Shown: positions 8,670-18,094 of the stretch, piece after piece
How positions within the stretch are numbered: the stretch's first letter is position 1
How the letters are laid out: every line of letters begins with the position of its first letter
Origin: Nitrosopumilus sp.
GTDB taxonomy: Archaea > Thermoproteota > Nitrososphaeria > Nitrososphaerales > Nitrosopumilaceae
Direction of reading: 5' to 3'
DNA length: 64,000 bases
NCBI GenBank assembly: GCA_965218695.1
Contig: OZ244651.1
Coordinates: 1,920,001 to 1,984,000 of the forward strand
Notes under the pieces: model-generated
The model's input: the letters and a program-made list of their open reading frames with translations, nothing else
Database searches by the model: none
What the model was told of the DNA's origin: nothing
Program-made: the position numbers and the translations under genes

Positions 8670-10409
8670 CTAGACCCTGTATGTGAGCCTGGTTCGCATG
8701 CTAAGTGCGACAACTGAGACTATGGCCGTTGCCAGAACTGCCATGGCAATTACGCCAAACTCTGGCACGATGACTTCCACAGTCTCCATCTTGAGCAGGA
8801 TCAGGTCAATCTGTTCATTGACCTCTGATACAGGGGCGCCATTGCGTATCATGCTGCGCAGTTCCTCGCGCATCAGAATCTCTACTTCTTCCATCAGTTC
8901 CCTCTCTCCGGCCTCAACCAGTGGTCCTTCCAGGAATTCATAGTTGTCCAGGTACGCCTTGGTGACATAACTCAGTGCAAGATCAGCGTTTCCGCCCTGA
9001 TACTCGGACTTTGCGTCCGCAAGCAGGGTTTGGATTGTTTCCACATAGTTGGACAGACCGTCGCCTTCTTCCTCAACTCCGGTAATCTCGTCAATCTCGT
9101 GAATTATTCCGCCTGCCAGCGTCTCGATGGTGTCTGGATCCTCATAGGTGTCGTATGCAGCCCAGAGTTCCTCATAGATCCCCTCGATCTCTTCGGCCTC
9201 GTGTGAATCTACATTAGACTTTATCTCGTTGAAGATCTGCTGGGAACGCCACACGAAGGCGGAGCCGTCTTGGAACTCTGCGACCTCTACAATGACGCCG
9301 TCGGCTATCGCCTCGCCGTACTCTGCAATGGACGTCTCTAGGAGGCCCTTCATGAGTAGCAGCTTAAAGTTGGGGTCGGCACTCAACGCGTCGTTTATGA
9401 CTGCACTGCGGACCGTCTCTACCAAGTCCTTTGCATCATCGACTGAGGCTTGGGCCTGTGAGCGTGACACGTCAACTGAGGCCGTGTCCTTTAGTTCCAG
9501 CAAGAGGGTTCGGAATTCTGCATCAAGGGAAGGGTCGGCAGCCTGGAGTGTAGGCTTCATGGAGTCGTACAGTTCTGCGATTGGGTGAGTCGCGTGGACC
9601 ACTGCAAGCTCTGCGTTCCTCTCGTCCAAGTTAAGTTCTATGGCCCAAAAGTGTCCGAGTGCCTCCTCAAGGCCTCCTGCAAATGCCAGGTCTGCCTCGT
9701 GGCTTGCCTCTGTAATCTCGTCAATCTCGTGAATTATTCCGCCTGCCAGCGTCTCGATGGTGTCTGGATCCTCATAGGTGTCGTATGCAGCCCAGAGTTC
9801 CTCATAGATCCCCTCGATCTCTTCGGCCTCGTGTGAATCTACATTAGACTTTATCTCGTTGAAGATCTGCTGGGAACGCCACACGAAGGCGGAGCCGTCT
9901 TGGAACTCTGCGACCTCTACAATGACGCCGTCGGCTATCGCCTCGCCGTACTCTGCAATGGACGTCTCTAGGAGGCCCTTCATGAGTAGCAGCTTAAAGT
10001 TGGGGTCGGCACTCAACGCGTCGTTTATGACTGCACTGCGGACCGTCTCTACCAAGTCCTTTGCATCATCGACTGAGGCTTGGGCCTGTGAGCGTGACAC
10101 GTCAACTGAGGCCGTGTCCTTTAGTTCCAGCAAGAGGGTTCGGAATTCTGCATCAAGGGAAGGGTCGGCAGCCTGGAGTGTAGGCTTCATGGAGTCGTAC
10201 AGTTCTGCGATTGGGTGAGTCGCGTGGACCACTGCAAGCTCTGCGTTCCTCTCGTCCAAGTTAAGTTCTATGGCCCAAAAGTGTCCGAGTGCCTCCTCAA
10301 GGCCTCCTGCAAATGCCAGGTCTGCCTCGTAATCTGCAAATGCGATCTGAGAAGAACCAGTTATGCCAATAAATGCTACAAATAACAGAACTAAGCTGTA
10401 TTTCATCAT
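8670..10409 (-). CDS. PEFG-CTERM surface protein, acidic and His-containing, with internal 210-aa duplication
   Basis: Signal peptide; C-terminal VPEFG + TM helix + basic tail; two identical EADLAFAGG...IHEIDEIT units. Confidence 0.88.
   Translation of the reverse strand: MMKYSLVLLFVAFIGITGSSQIAFADYEADLAFAGGLEEALGHFWAIELNLDERNAELAVVHATHPIAELYDSMKPTLQAADPSLDAEFRTLLLELKDTASVDVSRSQAQASVDDAKDLVETVRSAVINDALSADPNFKLLLMKGLLETSIAEYGEAIADGVIVEVAEFQDGSAFVWRSQQIFNEIKSNVDSHEAEEIEGIYEELWAAYDTYEDPDTIETLAGGIIHEIDEITEASHEADLAFAGGLEEALGHFWAIELNLDERNAELAVVHATHPIAELYDSMKPTLQAADPSLDAEFRTLLLELKDTASVDVSRSQAQASVDDAKDLVETVRSAVINDALSADPNFKLLLMKGLLETSIAEYGEAIADGVIVEVAEFQDGSAFVWRSQQIFNEIKSNVDSHEAEEIEGIYEELWAAYDTYEDPDTIETLAGGIIHEIDEITGVEEEGDGLSNYVETIQTLLADAKSEYQGGNADLALSYVTKAYLDNYEFLEGPLVEAGERELMEEVEILMREELRSMIRNGAPVSEVNEQIDLILLKMETVEVIVPEFGVIAMAVLATAIVSVVALSMRTRLTYRV
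9082..10330. repeat. Direct repeat, 619 bp identical, period 630 bp
   Basis: 9082-9700 equals 9712-10330 wherever compared. Confidence 0.93.
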
Positions 10410-10507
10410 TAATGTGGCCTGCAGTTAATTATTAAATGGTTGTAAAGTTATTCAAACATGTTTTATTAATATGGAACAGAGATATGTATCGTATAAAACC
10501 AAATGTA

Positions 10508-11761
10508 TACCAGCAATGAAAAATTCATATCAAAATCGCTCATAAATTTTTGATGCGACATCCATCTCTGGAAATTACGAGGTGCGTTGAATTCCCAAAT
10601 GACGAGAAAAGACGCCCCGAACATTAGACATTGCATGCTCTGATGCGCCGTGCATGGCACACGCTAGGCGGCGTGGATCCGGTGTGGTTTGATGTCGTTC
10701 TAGATGGCCCTGTACAGAAAATTCTCGACTACCAGATTTGGTTTTTTGTACCTCGCGTACCTGGTGATCGCCTCGCGGAGCATGCTCAGGCTGGTGTACG
10801 GCACGTCAAGCACTGCCCGTTTGAGATCCCTCCAGTACGTCTCTATGGCGCTCAGGTCCGGGGTCGCAGTTGGCAGGAAGATTATCTCCAGGCCGTCTGT
10901 GCCATCAAGCAGTTTGCGTATGTTTGATGCCCTGTGCTGGGAGGCCTTGTCCATGATCAGGCAGATCTTCTTGAACCTGTACATCGCCTGCCTTAGAAAG
11001 TCCTCAAAGGTGTCCTTGGTAAACGCATCGTACTGCCGGAACATGCCCCTGCCGTCCGTGGTGATTAGTCCATGGATTATCGTCTTGGAGTGTGAGCCGG
11101 TGTACGTGAAAAACGCCCGTATTCCCTTCCTGGTGTAGCCGCGTCTTCGCGGCCGCGCATCGGAGATTACTATGGACTCGTCCTGTATCGCTACGACTGT
11201 TCCTTCACTGTTCTTTTTTTTATAAGCTCTGGCATCTCTTTTTGGAATTTCCTGATCTCCTCGTCAGGCGCCCTTCTTGCATGTTTTCCTACGGGAACCT
11301 TTTGGGAATAGCCCCACCCGCGCAGTATCTGGCGCACATATCCGAGTTCGTACTTCACTCCGGTCTTCTGTTGGATGTATTGCTGCATCTCCATGCCAGT
11401 CCAGACAGGTTTCCTGCATGCGGCCTTTCTGATCTTCTTCATGTCTGCCTTGCTCGCCTTGGTCGGCCTGCCGGAGCGCGGCATGTTTCCCAGCCTGTCA
11501 AATCCGACTTCCAGGTAGCGCTCGTGCCACTTGTAGCCCCACGAGGCTGACTTTCCCAGGGATTTTGCAGAATCCCTCATGGTTATTCCATCACGTTTGA
11601 CTCTGATGATCAGCATCATGCGGTCCTTGGTATCGCAGTCTGTCTCAGCGGCGTATCTTTTCAACATCGTCTTGATCTTCATTGACTGTGGGACGTGAAA
11701 TTGGTATAACTTTAGATGTGGTAAAATATGTGACAATCGCATCAACTTTTCACTTTTGGTA
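10508..11761 (-). mobile_element. IS630-family element
   Basis: Imperfect IR TACCAGCAATGAAAA / TTTTCACTTTTGGTA, TA duplication, two-ORF transposase. Confidence 0.8.
10700..11682 (-). CDS. IS630 transposase (orfA HTH + orfB DDE, -1 frameshift at A8G run near 11213-11221)
   Basis: PRSGRP HTH; -1 frame gives AIQDES...MDKASQH...PDLSAIETYW; ATAAAAAAAAG slippery site. Confidence 0.85.
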
Positions 11762-12182
11762 TATGTCTGGTCTGCATTCTGGTTAGGCATCAATTTGAGA
11801 GTTGCAGTCATGGAATCATGGAAGGGTGTTGCCAAGTTTCTAATATTATCCGGGTTCGGCATCATCATACTGAAAGACCAAGGACGACTAGCCTATTTGC
11901 TCAATGCAGAAAGATGTGTGTCCACGCCGGTTACGCAAAAAGTTTAATCTTTGGCGGCTAACGAATCGGATTTATGAGTATATTCCACGCCTAAGAAATG
12001 AGAAAATTGCACTAGTGAAGGTGTGTTTGAACACACAGTATGTGGGCACAACAATTGCATACGGTTGATATTGTCATTCTGCATTTACCGCATTTTGCTA
12101 GCGTCTTTGTCTGACAATCACACAGGCGACACAATTCGATCTTCATATCTTTCACTTCAAAAAAATTAAGGTGTTTCGTTTG

Positions 12183-12494
12183 TCATCTTGACAGAAACGA
12201 AAGGAGAGGCATGGCATTCCACTCGTATATCGAATACTCCAATAACCCAGAGCAGATCGCGTCATATTTCTGATAAAACTCGTTTGCTTCCTGTTGTGTT
12301 CCTTCAAAGACGGTCATGGATGTAGCATTGTCATCAAACATTCCAGACCACATAATTTTCCCTCGGGACTGCCATGAATCTGTCAGATCCTGAATCGATG
12401 ATGAAATTCTTTGGGGATCGCTGATGGACACGTCCTCTTTTAACACAGTTATAATAACCCAATTTTTTGTTTCCTGCATTTGTTGTTGACTCAT
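12183..12494 (-). CDS. YCII-like dimeric alpha/beta barrel protein
   Basis: GKIMWSGMFDD...MTVFE pattern, 103 aa. Confidence 0.55.
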   Translation of the reverse strand: MSQQQMQETKNWVIITVLKEDVSISDPQRISSSIQDLTDSWQSRGKIMWSGMFDDNATSMTVFEGTQQEANEFYQKYDAICSGLLEYSIYEWNAMPLLSFLSR

Positions 12495-12835
12495 AATTGT
12501 GCCACAATAACTGTTCTAATAAAATTTTTGTTGGATTTATTTTTTTATTACATGTTATTAGAGCGACATGTTAATTGTAACAGAGTTAAACTACAAGACC
12601 TGTATGATCGTTGATTAATCCCAACGTTACGCAGCGTATGGGATTTTAAGGATTTCATAATCGGGTATGCCATGCCTACAAAGGATGTGTTGGACAAACT
12701 ATGCACCAACCATCAACACTGAAATTCTGACTGAATTATCCACATGGTGTTGGCTCAACCGGTTACGCATGCTACCGGCAGACGCTTTGTGGCAGACAGA
12801 CGGAAATATAAGGATCGGTGTGAGGGATTCAGGGT

Positions 12836-13375
12836 ATGAGGGTCGTAGTGATATCAGGCAGCCCGAGAAAGGACGCAGTAACGCAGGTGATGATGAAGTA
12901 CGTCTTCGAGTACGCAAAGTCAAAAAACCCGGATACGAAGCTGATCAATCTCTCAGGAGGCCAGATAGAGTGCTATCGCGGTTATGGCGAGCAGTACAAC
13001 GAGGCCACGATGGAGGCGGCAAGGGACATCACAGAGGCCGACGTCTGGCTGGTCGGCACCCCGATCTACAACTCGTTTTTCAGTTCTGCGCTAAAGAACC
13101 TCTTCGAGTACATAAACTACAAAAAGACGTCCGGAAAGGTTGCAGGCATGGCAATCATGGCAGCAGGCAACATAGGGTTTACAGACGTGCAGACGCTGCT
13201 CACGCAGCTGATGTCATACTTTAGGGTGGTGGCAAACCCAAAGGCGGTATACCTTACCACCGAATCAGTCAGCGGGAATGCCGTCTCGGATTCAGGGGCA
13301 CAGGACAGGCTAAGAGAGATGGTCGACGAGACGCTGGAGATGGCCTCCAAGCTACAGACGTCAGGTCAGTCATGA
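12836..13375 (+). CDS. NAD(P)H-dependent FMN reductase
   Basis: ISGSPRK, GTPIYN, LKNLFE flavodoxin-like motifs. Confidence 0.9.
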   Translation: MRVVVISGSPRKDAVTQVMMKYVFEYAKSKNPDTKLINLSGGQIECYRGYGEQYNEATMEAARDITEADVWLVGTPIYNSFFSSALKNLFEYINYKKTSGKVAGMAIMAAGNIGFTDVQTLLTQLMSYFRVVANPKAVYLTTESVSGNAVSDSGAQDRLREMVDETLEMASKLQTSGQS

Positions 13376-13451
13376 CAAACCCCATCATAGAACATGGGTA
13401 CGGCAGGGAGGTCCTGCAAAGGTCAAATATTGATACGGTTGTAATGCTGGT

Positions 13452-13568
13452 GTGAAGGATCCCACCGAGATGTGCCCCTGCAAGTGTCATTACGGGGGGG
13501 CCGTAAGCTGCCCCGGGTGCAAGGACAATCACGAAATATCATGCAGTCACTGCAAGGGCATAAACTAG
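13452..13568 (+). CDS. 38-aa Cys/His-rich micro-protein (metallothionein-like or Zn-binding)
   Basis: GTG start; MKDPTEMCPCKCHYGGAVSCPGCKDNHEISCSHCKGIN*; AAATATT about 25 bp upstream. Confidence 0.6.
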   Translation: MKDPTEMCPCKCHYGGAVSCPGCKDNHEISCSHCKGIN

Positions 13569-13572
13569 CCTG

Positions 13573-13920
13573 TTACGGGCCGCCCCTGTCTGAGGCAGTC
13601 TCGGTATAGCTTATGGCGCCAACCTGTTTTTCGGCCTTTGGGAGCTGCTCCTGATCGCCGGAGGTTGTTATGGAGATTATCGGCACGCCTACGGTAGACT
13701 GTCCTCCTGCATCATGGGCGATGGAAAGCTTGTGCACATAGTCGGCACTCTTTTGGGCCAGCCAGCACATGAGTGTCAGAAACCAAGTGATTGGGACTGC
13801 CATGGTGAATATAAAGTTCAGTACGGGAGCCCAGTCAATAAAGTAGAACCACAGGCCGGTCAGAACGGCCGCAAAGGCGCCTGTCGAGACGGTGGCCAGC
13901 TGATTTCCCATATAGCCCAT
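13573..13920 (-). CDS. Small 2-TM membrane protein
   Basis: Two hydrophobic segments and a polar tail. Confidence 0.65.
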   Translation of the reverse strand: MGYMGNQLATVSTGAFAAVLTGLWFYFIDWAPVLNFIFTMAVPITWFLTLMCWLAQKSADYVHKLSIAHDAGGQSTVGVPIISITTSGDQEQLPKAEKQVGAISYTETASDRGGP

Positions 13921-13983
13921 GAATTATGTAGGAATTCGTGTTTTATATTAGTAATGTTATGGCGGGAGGAGGAGGAATCCGGA

Positions 13984-14217
13984 TTATTCCGGGGGCGCAG
14001 ACTCCATCTCAGATATGCGTGACTGAAGGATGTCGATCCTCTTGAGCATGTCCAGCCTCAAGTCCCGCGCAACCCTCCTCACGGTAGGTCTTGGGACTTC
14101 AAGATCAGCGACTATCTTGGTGTATATGTCCTGCTTGTCTGTAATGCCCTGTTCTATACAGGACTCGATTGCCTTTTTGATCTCCACGGTCTGGTTTGTC
14201 TGGTTTGTCTGGTTCAA
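13984..14217 (-). CDS. Small HTH-like protein
   Basis: TTG start; (NQT)3 N-terminus; IVADLEVPRPTVRRVARDL HTH-like segment. Confidence 0.65.
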   Translation of the reverse strand: MNQTNQTNQTVEIKKAIESCIEQGITDKQDIYTKIVADLEVPRPTVRRVARDLRLDMLKRIDILQSRISEMESAPPE

Positions 14218-14300
14218 TGGGTTCAAATACCGATCATCATATATATAATTACTATAATCTCTGCCGCACCAGAACGCCTGCGGCATCAGGAGGTATTCTG

Positions 14301-15656
14301 AACTTTGTTTCCTAATTACTCTCGACACAGATACCAGTCTGTGCAATTCTGTCTATGTCATCGTCTTGCCCCCTCATCCCTTGCAGTTTTTGGACCGGGC
14401 TTGTAGACTTGCACGATCCTTGGCGTGCCGTACCCGCCGTCGATCGCAGTATCGATCATCTGGTTGTACAGCTGCACTTTTCCGTATATCTCGGCCTTGA
14501 CGTTCTCCCACTTGCGCGCGCTTATGCACTCGCCCAACACCCGCTTGAACGTGGAAAATACAATCTCGACTGACCACCGGTCGTTGTACCCGGACTCCCT
14601 GCGCCACGCCTTCTGGAATTCCCTCTTTTGTTCGCGCGTGAGGCCTGCAAACTTGAGTCCTGCCGTCTTGTCCATGCAGTCCATGCCACCCAGCTGCCTG
14701 AATCCTGCCTCCTTGCGGGGCATGCACCCGTCTGCCTTTCCGGCAAAGTCAATGCGGACGGGAATCAGCGGCTCGATTCCCTGTTCGTCGCAGTACCTGC
14801 GGATCTTCTTGGTGTCGTACGCGCCGTCGGCTGCCGTCTTGGTGCTTGCAGAAGTCTCTACGTTTGGGGATTTTTTTGCATTTGCAAGGGCCTGCCCCAC
14901 CAGTTCCTCAAACTGCGGAGAGTCCCCGCACTTGTCGTCGGTTATGGCCACGGCGTAGATCTTTTTGGTTTTGGCATCCACCCCGACGTGCAGCTTTATG
15001 AAGCCCCGCCTGGTCCCCCACTTTTTTGTCATCCAGTCGCCGCGGTTTGTGGGCTTGAGTCCAGTGGAGTCGAAGGCAAACAGCTTGATCTCTGCTCTGG
15101 TGTTGCCGTCTGAGAACCACGCAGAAGCCGTGCCGCTGCCATCATCATTATCTGCAACAGTGCAGCCCAACCTGGTCATCCTCTTCTGGAACACCGAATA
15201 CGTGGGCGCGTCTTCCCTGCCGACTATCGTCTCTGCCACGCCCTGGAGCTGCCTGTACCTTATGCCGGTGGCGTTTCTGAACAGGGATGCTGCTGCAAAG
15301 CACGCGTTTGAAAATACGTACGGGCGGCCGACCTTCCCGCAGTTTAGCTTCTCGACTCCCTGAGTCAGGATCTCCGGGCTTATCTGGAGCGTCCACAGCT
15401 GGCCGCGGTCTATGTACCTGCGGTCATCGTATTGGAACCGGCGTTTTCCGGATTTGAAAGATTTTTTAGCCTCATGCGTGCCCGTTTTGTCTGGAGAGGA
15501 TGTGTTTTCAGTCATGGCTGTAACCTGACTGTCTGCACACCTCTCTGATCAATGCAGTTTTCTATTGAAAATGTTTGATATTATGTTCAAATTCAGCTGA
15601 TCTGGCCTAATTCTGGACATGTTGGGCGTGGTTGGGAATAATTAGGAAACAAAGTT
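14301..15656 (-). mobile_element. IS5-family (ISH1/IS903-like) element, copy 1
   Basis: Perfect 18-bp IR AACTTTGTTTCCTAATTA; 8-bp TSD GTATTCTG. Confidence 0.95.
14358..15515 (-). CDS. IS5-family transposase
   Basis: DSTGLK, KLHVGVD, ADGAYD, RWSVEIVFSTFK. Confidence 0.93.
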   Translation of the reverse strand: MTENTSSPDKTGTHEAKKSFKSGKRRFQYDDRRYIDRGQLWTLQISPEILTQGVEKLNCGKVGRPYVFSNACFAAASLFRNATGIRYRQLQGVAETIVGREDAPTYSVFQKRMTRLGCTVADNDDGSGTASAWFSDGNTRAEIKLFAFDSTGLKPTNRGDWMTKKWGTRRGFIKLHVGVDAKTKKIYAVAITDDKCGDSPQFEELVGQALANAKKSPNVETSASTKTAADGAYDTKKIRRYCDEQGIEPLIPVRIDFAGKADGCMPRKEAGFRQLGGMDCMDKTAGLKFAGLTREQKREFQKAWRRESGYNDRWSVEIVFSTFKRVLGECISARKWENVKAEIYGKVQLYNQMIDTAIDGGYGTPRIVQVYKPGPKTARDEGARR

Positions 15657-15700
15657 GTATTCTGAAAAGACTCTTATGATAAGACGTCAAAGCAGTCAAG

Positions 15701-16177
15701 ATGACGGACGTAAACATCGAGACCAATTTCGGAAGAATCTCAATCAGGCTCCTGCCTGATTTGGCTCCCGAGACGGTTAGAAATTTCGAAAAGCTTGCAA
15801 GGGACGGATTCTATGACGGAACGCTCTTTCACAGGGTTATTCCAGGATTTATGATCCAGGGAGGGGATCCGAACACAAAGACGGACAACAAGGGCTCATG
15901 GGGTACCGGGGGACCCGGATACGCCATCAAGGCAGAGTTCAATTCCAGATCCCACCGGCGCGGCATGGTCTCCATGGCAAGGTCACAGGATCCGGACAGT
16001 GCGGGATCGCAGTTCTTCATAGTCACTACCGACAGCCCGTTCTTGGACAGACAGTACACCGTGTTTGGCCAGGTGACAGACGGCATGGATGTGGCCGACA
16101 AGATTGTGAATCTCCAGAGGGACAGAAACGACTGCCCGCTGGAGAAGGCACAGATGCTTCACGTAAAGGTGGGGTAG
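15701..16177 (+). CDS. Cyclophilin-type peptidyl-prolyl isomerase
   Basis: FHRVIPGFMIQGGDP, SAGSQFFI, YTVFGQV. Confidence 0.95.
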   Translation: MTDVNIETNFGRISIRLLPDLAPETVRNFEKLARDGFYDGTLFHRVIPGFMIQGGDPNTKTDNKGSWGTGGPGYAIKAEFNSRSHRRGMVSMARSQDPDSAGSQFFIVTTDSPFLDRQYTVFGQVTDGMDVADKIVNLQRDRNDCPLEKAQMLHVKVG

Positions 16178-17065
16178 ATGAGGACCAGTTTTTTTGTATT
16201 TTTTGTAATTCCGTTAGTTCTTGCAGTCCAGTATGCAGAGGCCCAAGATTCCGGGAGTCAGCCAGCAGATCAGAGACTTGTTGAGATGACCTTTGACAGA
16301 CAGGGCAATGCGCATGTCAGGCACGTGGCAGCACCGTCTGACATCCAGACGCATATCGCACTGATACCGGGGGATGCCAGAAACATCTCAGTTGCAGACC
16401 AGTCCGGCCGGCTGCAGCTGGTAGTCAGCGACGGCAACATAGTGACCATCATGCCCTCGGAGAGCCACACCATAGTGACCTATGGCCTGAATGATGCAGC
16501 AGTGCTGATCAACGGCATGTGGACCATAGAGTTCCTGTACCTGGAGACGACTACGTTTCTCTTTCCCGAGGAGGTGGACTTGGTGTTCATAAACGACGGG
16601 CCGCTGCGCTTTGAGGATGCCGAGGGATTCAACTGCCACGGATGCCAGCTGGCCTTAAAGTTTGCCACAGACGAGCCAAGGAACCTGATGCCGGCAAGCT
16701 GGGAGGGGCAGGAGTTTATGGTGGAGGTGAGGACGTTTGCAGAGATTGAGAACTTTGAGTTCAGCCAACCCTCAAAGGAGATCAGTTTCAGATCCGACTG
16801 GAACGGCCGGTTCGTTACGGCGGTAATCCCCCAGGAGCTGCTGTGGGGGCCGTACGCCGTACTACTGGACGAGAAGACGATTCCGTTTAACGAGTACATA
16901 AGCAATGGAACCCACGTATGGGTGAACATGAAGCCTGATGCTTCCGGCACAATTACAATCGTGGGAACCACGGTAGTTCCCGAGTTTTCCGTAGTGGCCC
17001 CGCTAGCAGTAGGATTCCTGGCAGTCCTTGCAGTGCCGCTGATAAGAAGGACTACTCTCCGCTAG
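16178..17065 (+). CDS. PEFG-CTERM-like surface protein
   Basis: Signal peptide, CHGC motif, C-terminal VVPEFS + TM + RR. Confidence 0.8.
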   Translation: MRTSFFVFFVIPLVLAVQYAEAQDSGSQPADQRLVEMTFDRQGNAHVRHVAAPSDIQTHIALIPGDARNISVADQSGRLQLVVSDGNIVTIMPSESHTIVTYGLNDAAVLINGMWTIEFLYLETTTFLFPEEVDLVFINDGPLRFEDAEGFNCHGCQLALKFATDEPRNLMPASWEGQEFMVEVRTFAEIENFEFSQPSKEISFRSDWNGRFVTAVIPQELLWGPYAVLLDEKTIPFNEYISNGTHVWVNMKPDASGTITIVGTTVVPEFSVVAPLAVGFLAVLAVPLIRRTTLR

Positions 17066-17207
17066 AGCCGCAGGAGCAAAATCCATACTCGTCAATTCGG
17101 GTATTGCAGAGGGGGCACTTTTCCCCATAGGTTACCTCCCATGCCTCCTTTCCAAAGAGGCGCAAGTGATCATCGATCTCTATTGGGATGATTCTCTTCT
17201 TGTCCAA
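17052..17207 (-). CDS. Small zinc-finger protein
   Basis: CPLC...FCSCG in about 51 aa; start uncertain. Confidence 0.6.
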   Translation of the reverse strand: MDKKRIIPIEIDDHLRLFGKEAWEVTYGEKCPLCNTRIDEYGFCSCGSSGE

Positions 17208-17247
17208 TGAATGGTATAAGTAATCATGGTATAGATACATTGCCAAG

Positions 17248-17442
17248 ATGAGGGTGGAATGTGGATGCCACTGCATAAGGTGCGGCAACACGGATCTGGA
17301 ATCGTTCAGAACCGGGAAGACAGAAGAGGATGGATATTTTGACATGCACCACACGTGCAGACGCTGCAACACCCATTTTGATCATCTGGAAGGGGAGATC
17401 TTTACAGAGTGCAAAGGGTGCAGATACCCTACTACTAGCTAG
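17248..17442 (+). CDS. Small zinc-ribbon protein
   Basis: CxCIRC, CRRC, CKGC plus His residues. Confidence 0.7.
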   Translation: MRVECGCHCIRCGNTDLESFRTGKTEEDGYFDMHHTCRRCNTHFDHLEGEIFTECKGCRYPTTS

Positions 17443-17987
17443 CTGACTAAAAGCGGTTTTCTGCCAGCAGCATAGCAGACATGGTTTCCGTCAGAGTCCT
17501 TTACAAGCATCTTGTCTGTAGCCATCAGCACCATTGCCTTGGATACGTCCAGACGGCTTGCAGCCCAGCCGTTCTCCCTCAGGTGCTGGACTGTCTCTGT
17601 GACGGTCCGTGGAGTGTCAAAGAATCCGGTTGTCCCAATCGCCAGCAGTTTTGAGGAGATCTCACCTGCGGTGATGTTCTCAGGTTCGGTAAACTCTGGT
17701 TCATGCACCTCGGCCTCATCAAGCATGCCCAGTACCTGGATCCGAGATGCACCAGACAGTTCTTCTGAGGATGCAGAAAGATCCGTTTCAGGCTGTACAA
17801 CAGTCTCCTCATCAGATATGGGCTCGTCGACCAGATCCTCTACGGCATATACGATCTTTGCCCTGCTCTCTGACAGATGCTGTGACAGTCCGTCTATGAC
17901 ATCTCCAAGCGTCTGGTTGTCAACATAGACGTCCCTAGAGTCGACTTCGATCTCATTTTCGCCCAGCTTTAGACGTATACGTGCCAA
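17439..17987 (-). CDS. Hypothetical protein with C-terminal winged-helix-like region
   Basis: GFFDTPRTVTETVQHLRENGW segment; acidic linker. Confidence 0.7.
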   Translation of the reverse strand: MARIRLKLGENEIEVDSRDVYVDNQTLGDVIDGLSQHLSESRAKIVYAVEDLVDEPISDEETVVQPETDLSASSEELSGASRIQVLGMLDEAEVHEPEFTEPENITAGEISSKLLAIGTTGFFDTPRTVTETVQHLRENGWAASRLDVSKAMVLMATDKMLVKDSDGNHVCYAAGRKPLLVS

Positions 17988-18094
17988 TGTAGGGTAATGG
18001 GGAGGGAGAGATTTATCCTATAGTATCTAATCTACTTAAAGATTAGATCAAAAAATTTACACAAATTATCGGGGTTTTTTATCATTCGGGTTAA

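Noticed and set aside
11683-11868. N-terminal extension of IS630 orfA
   Set aside because: It runs across the element's terminal IR into flanking DNA
12617-12645. Hairpin AATCCCA..TGGGATT as an IS200/IS605 end
   Set aside because: No tnpA/tnpB and no partner end nearby
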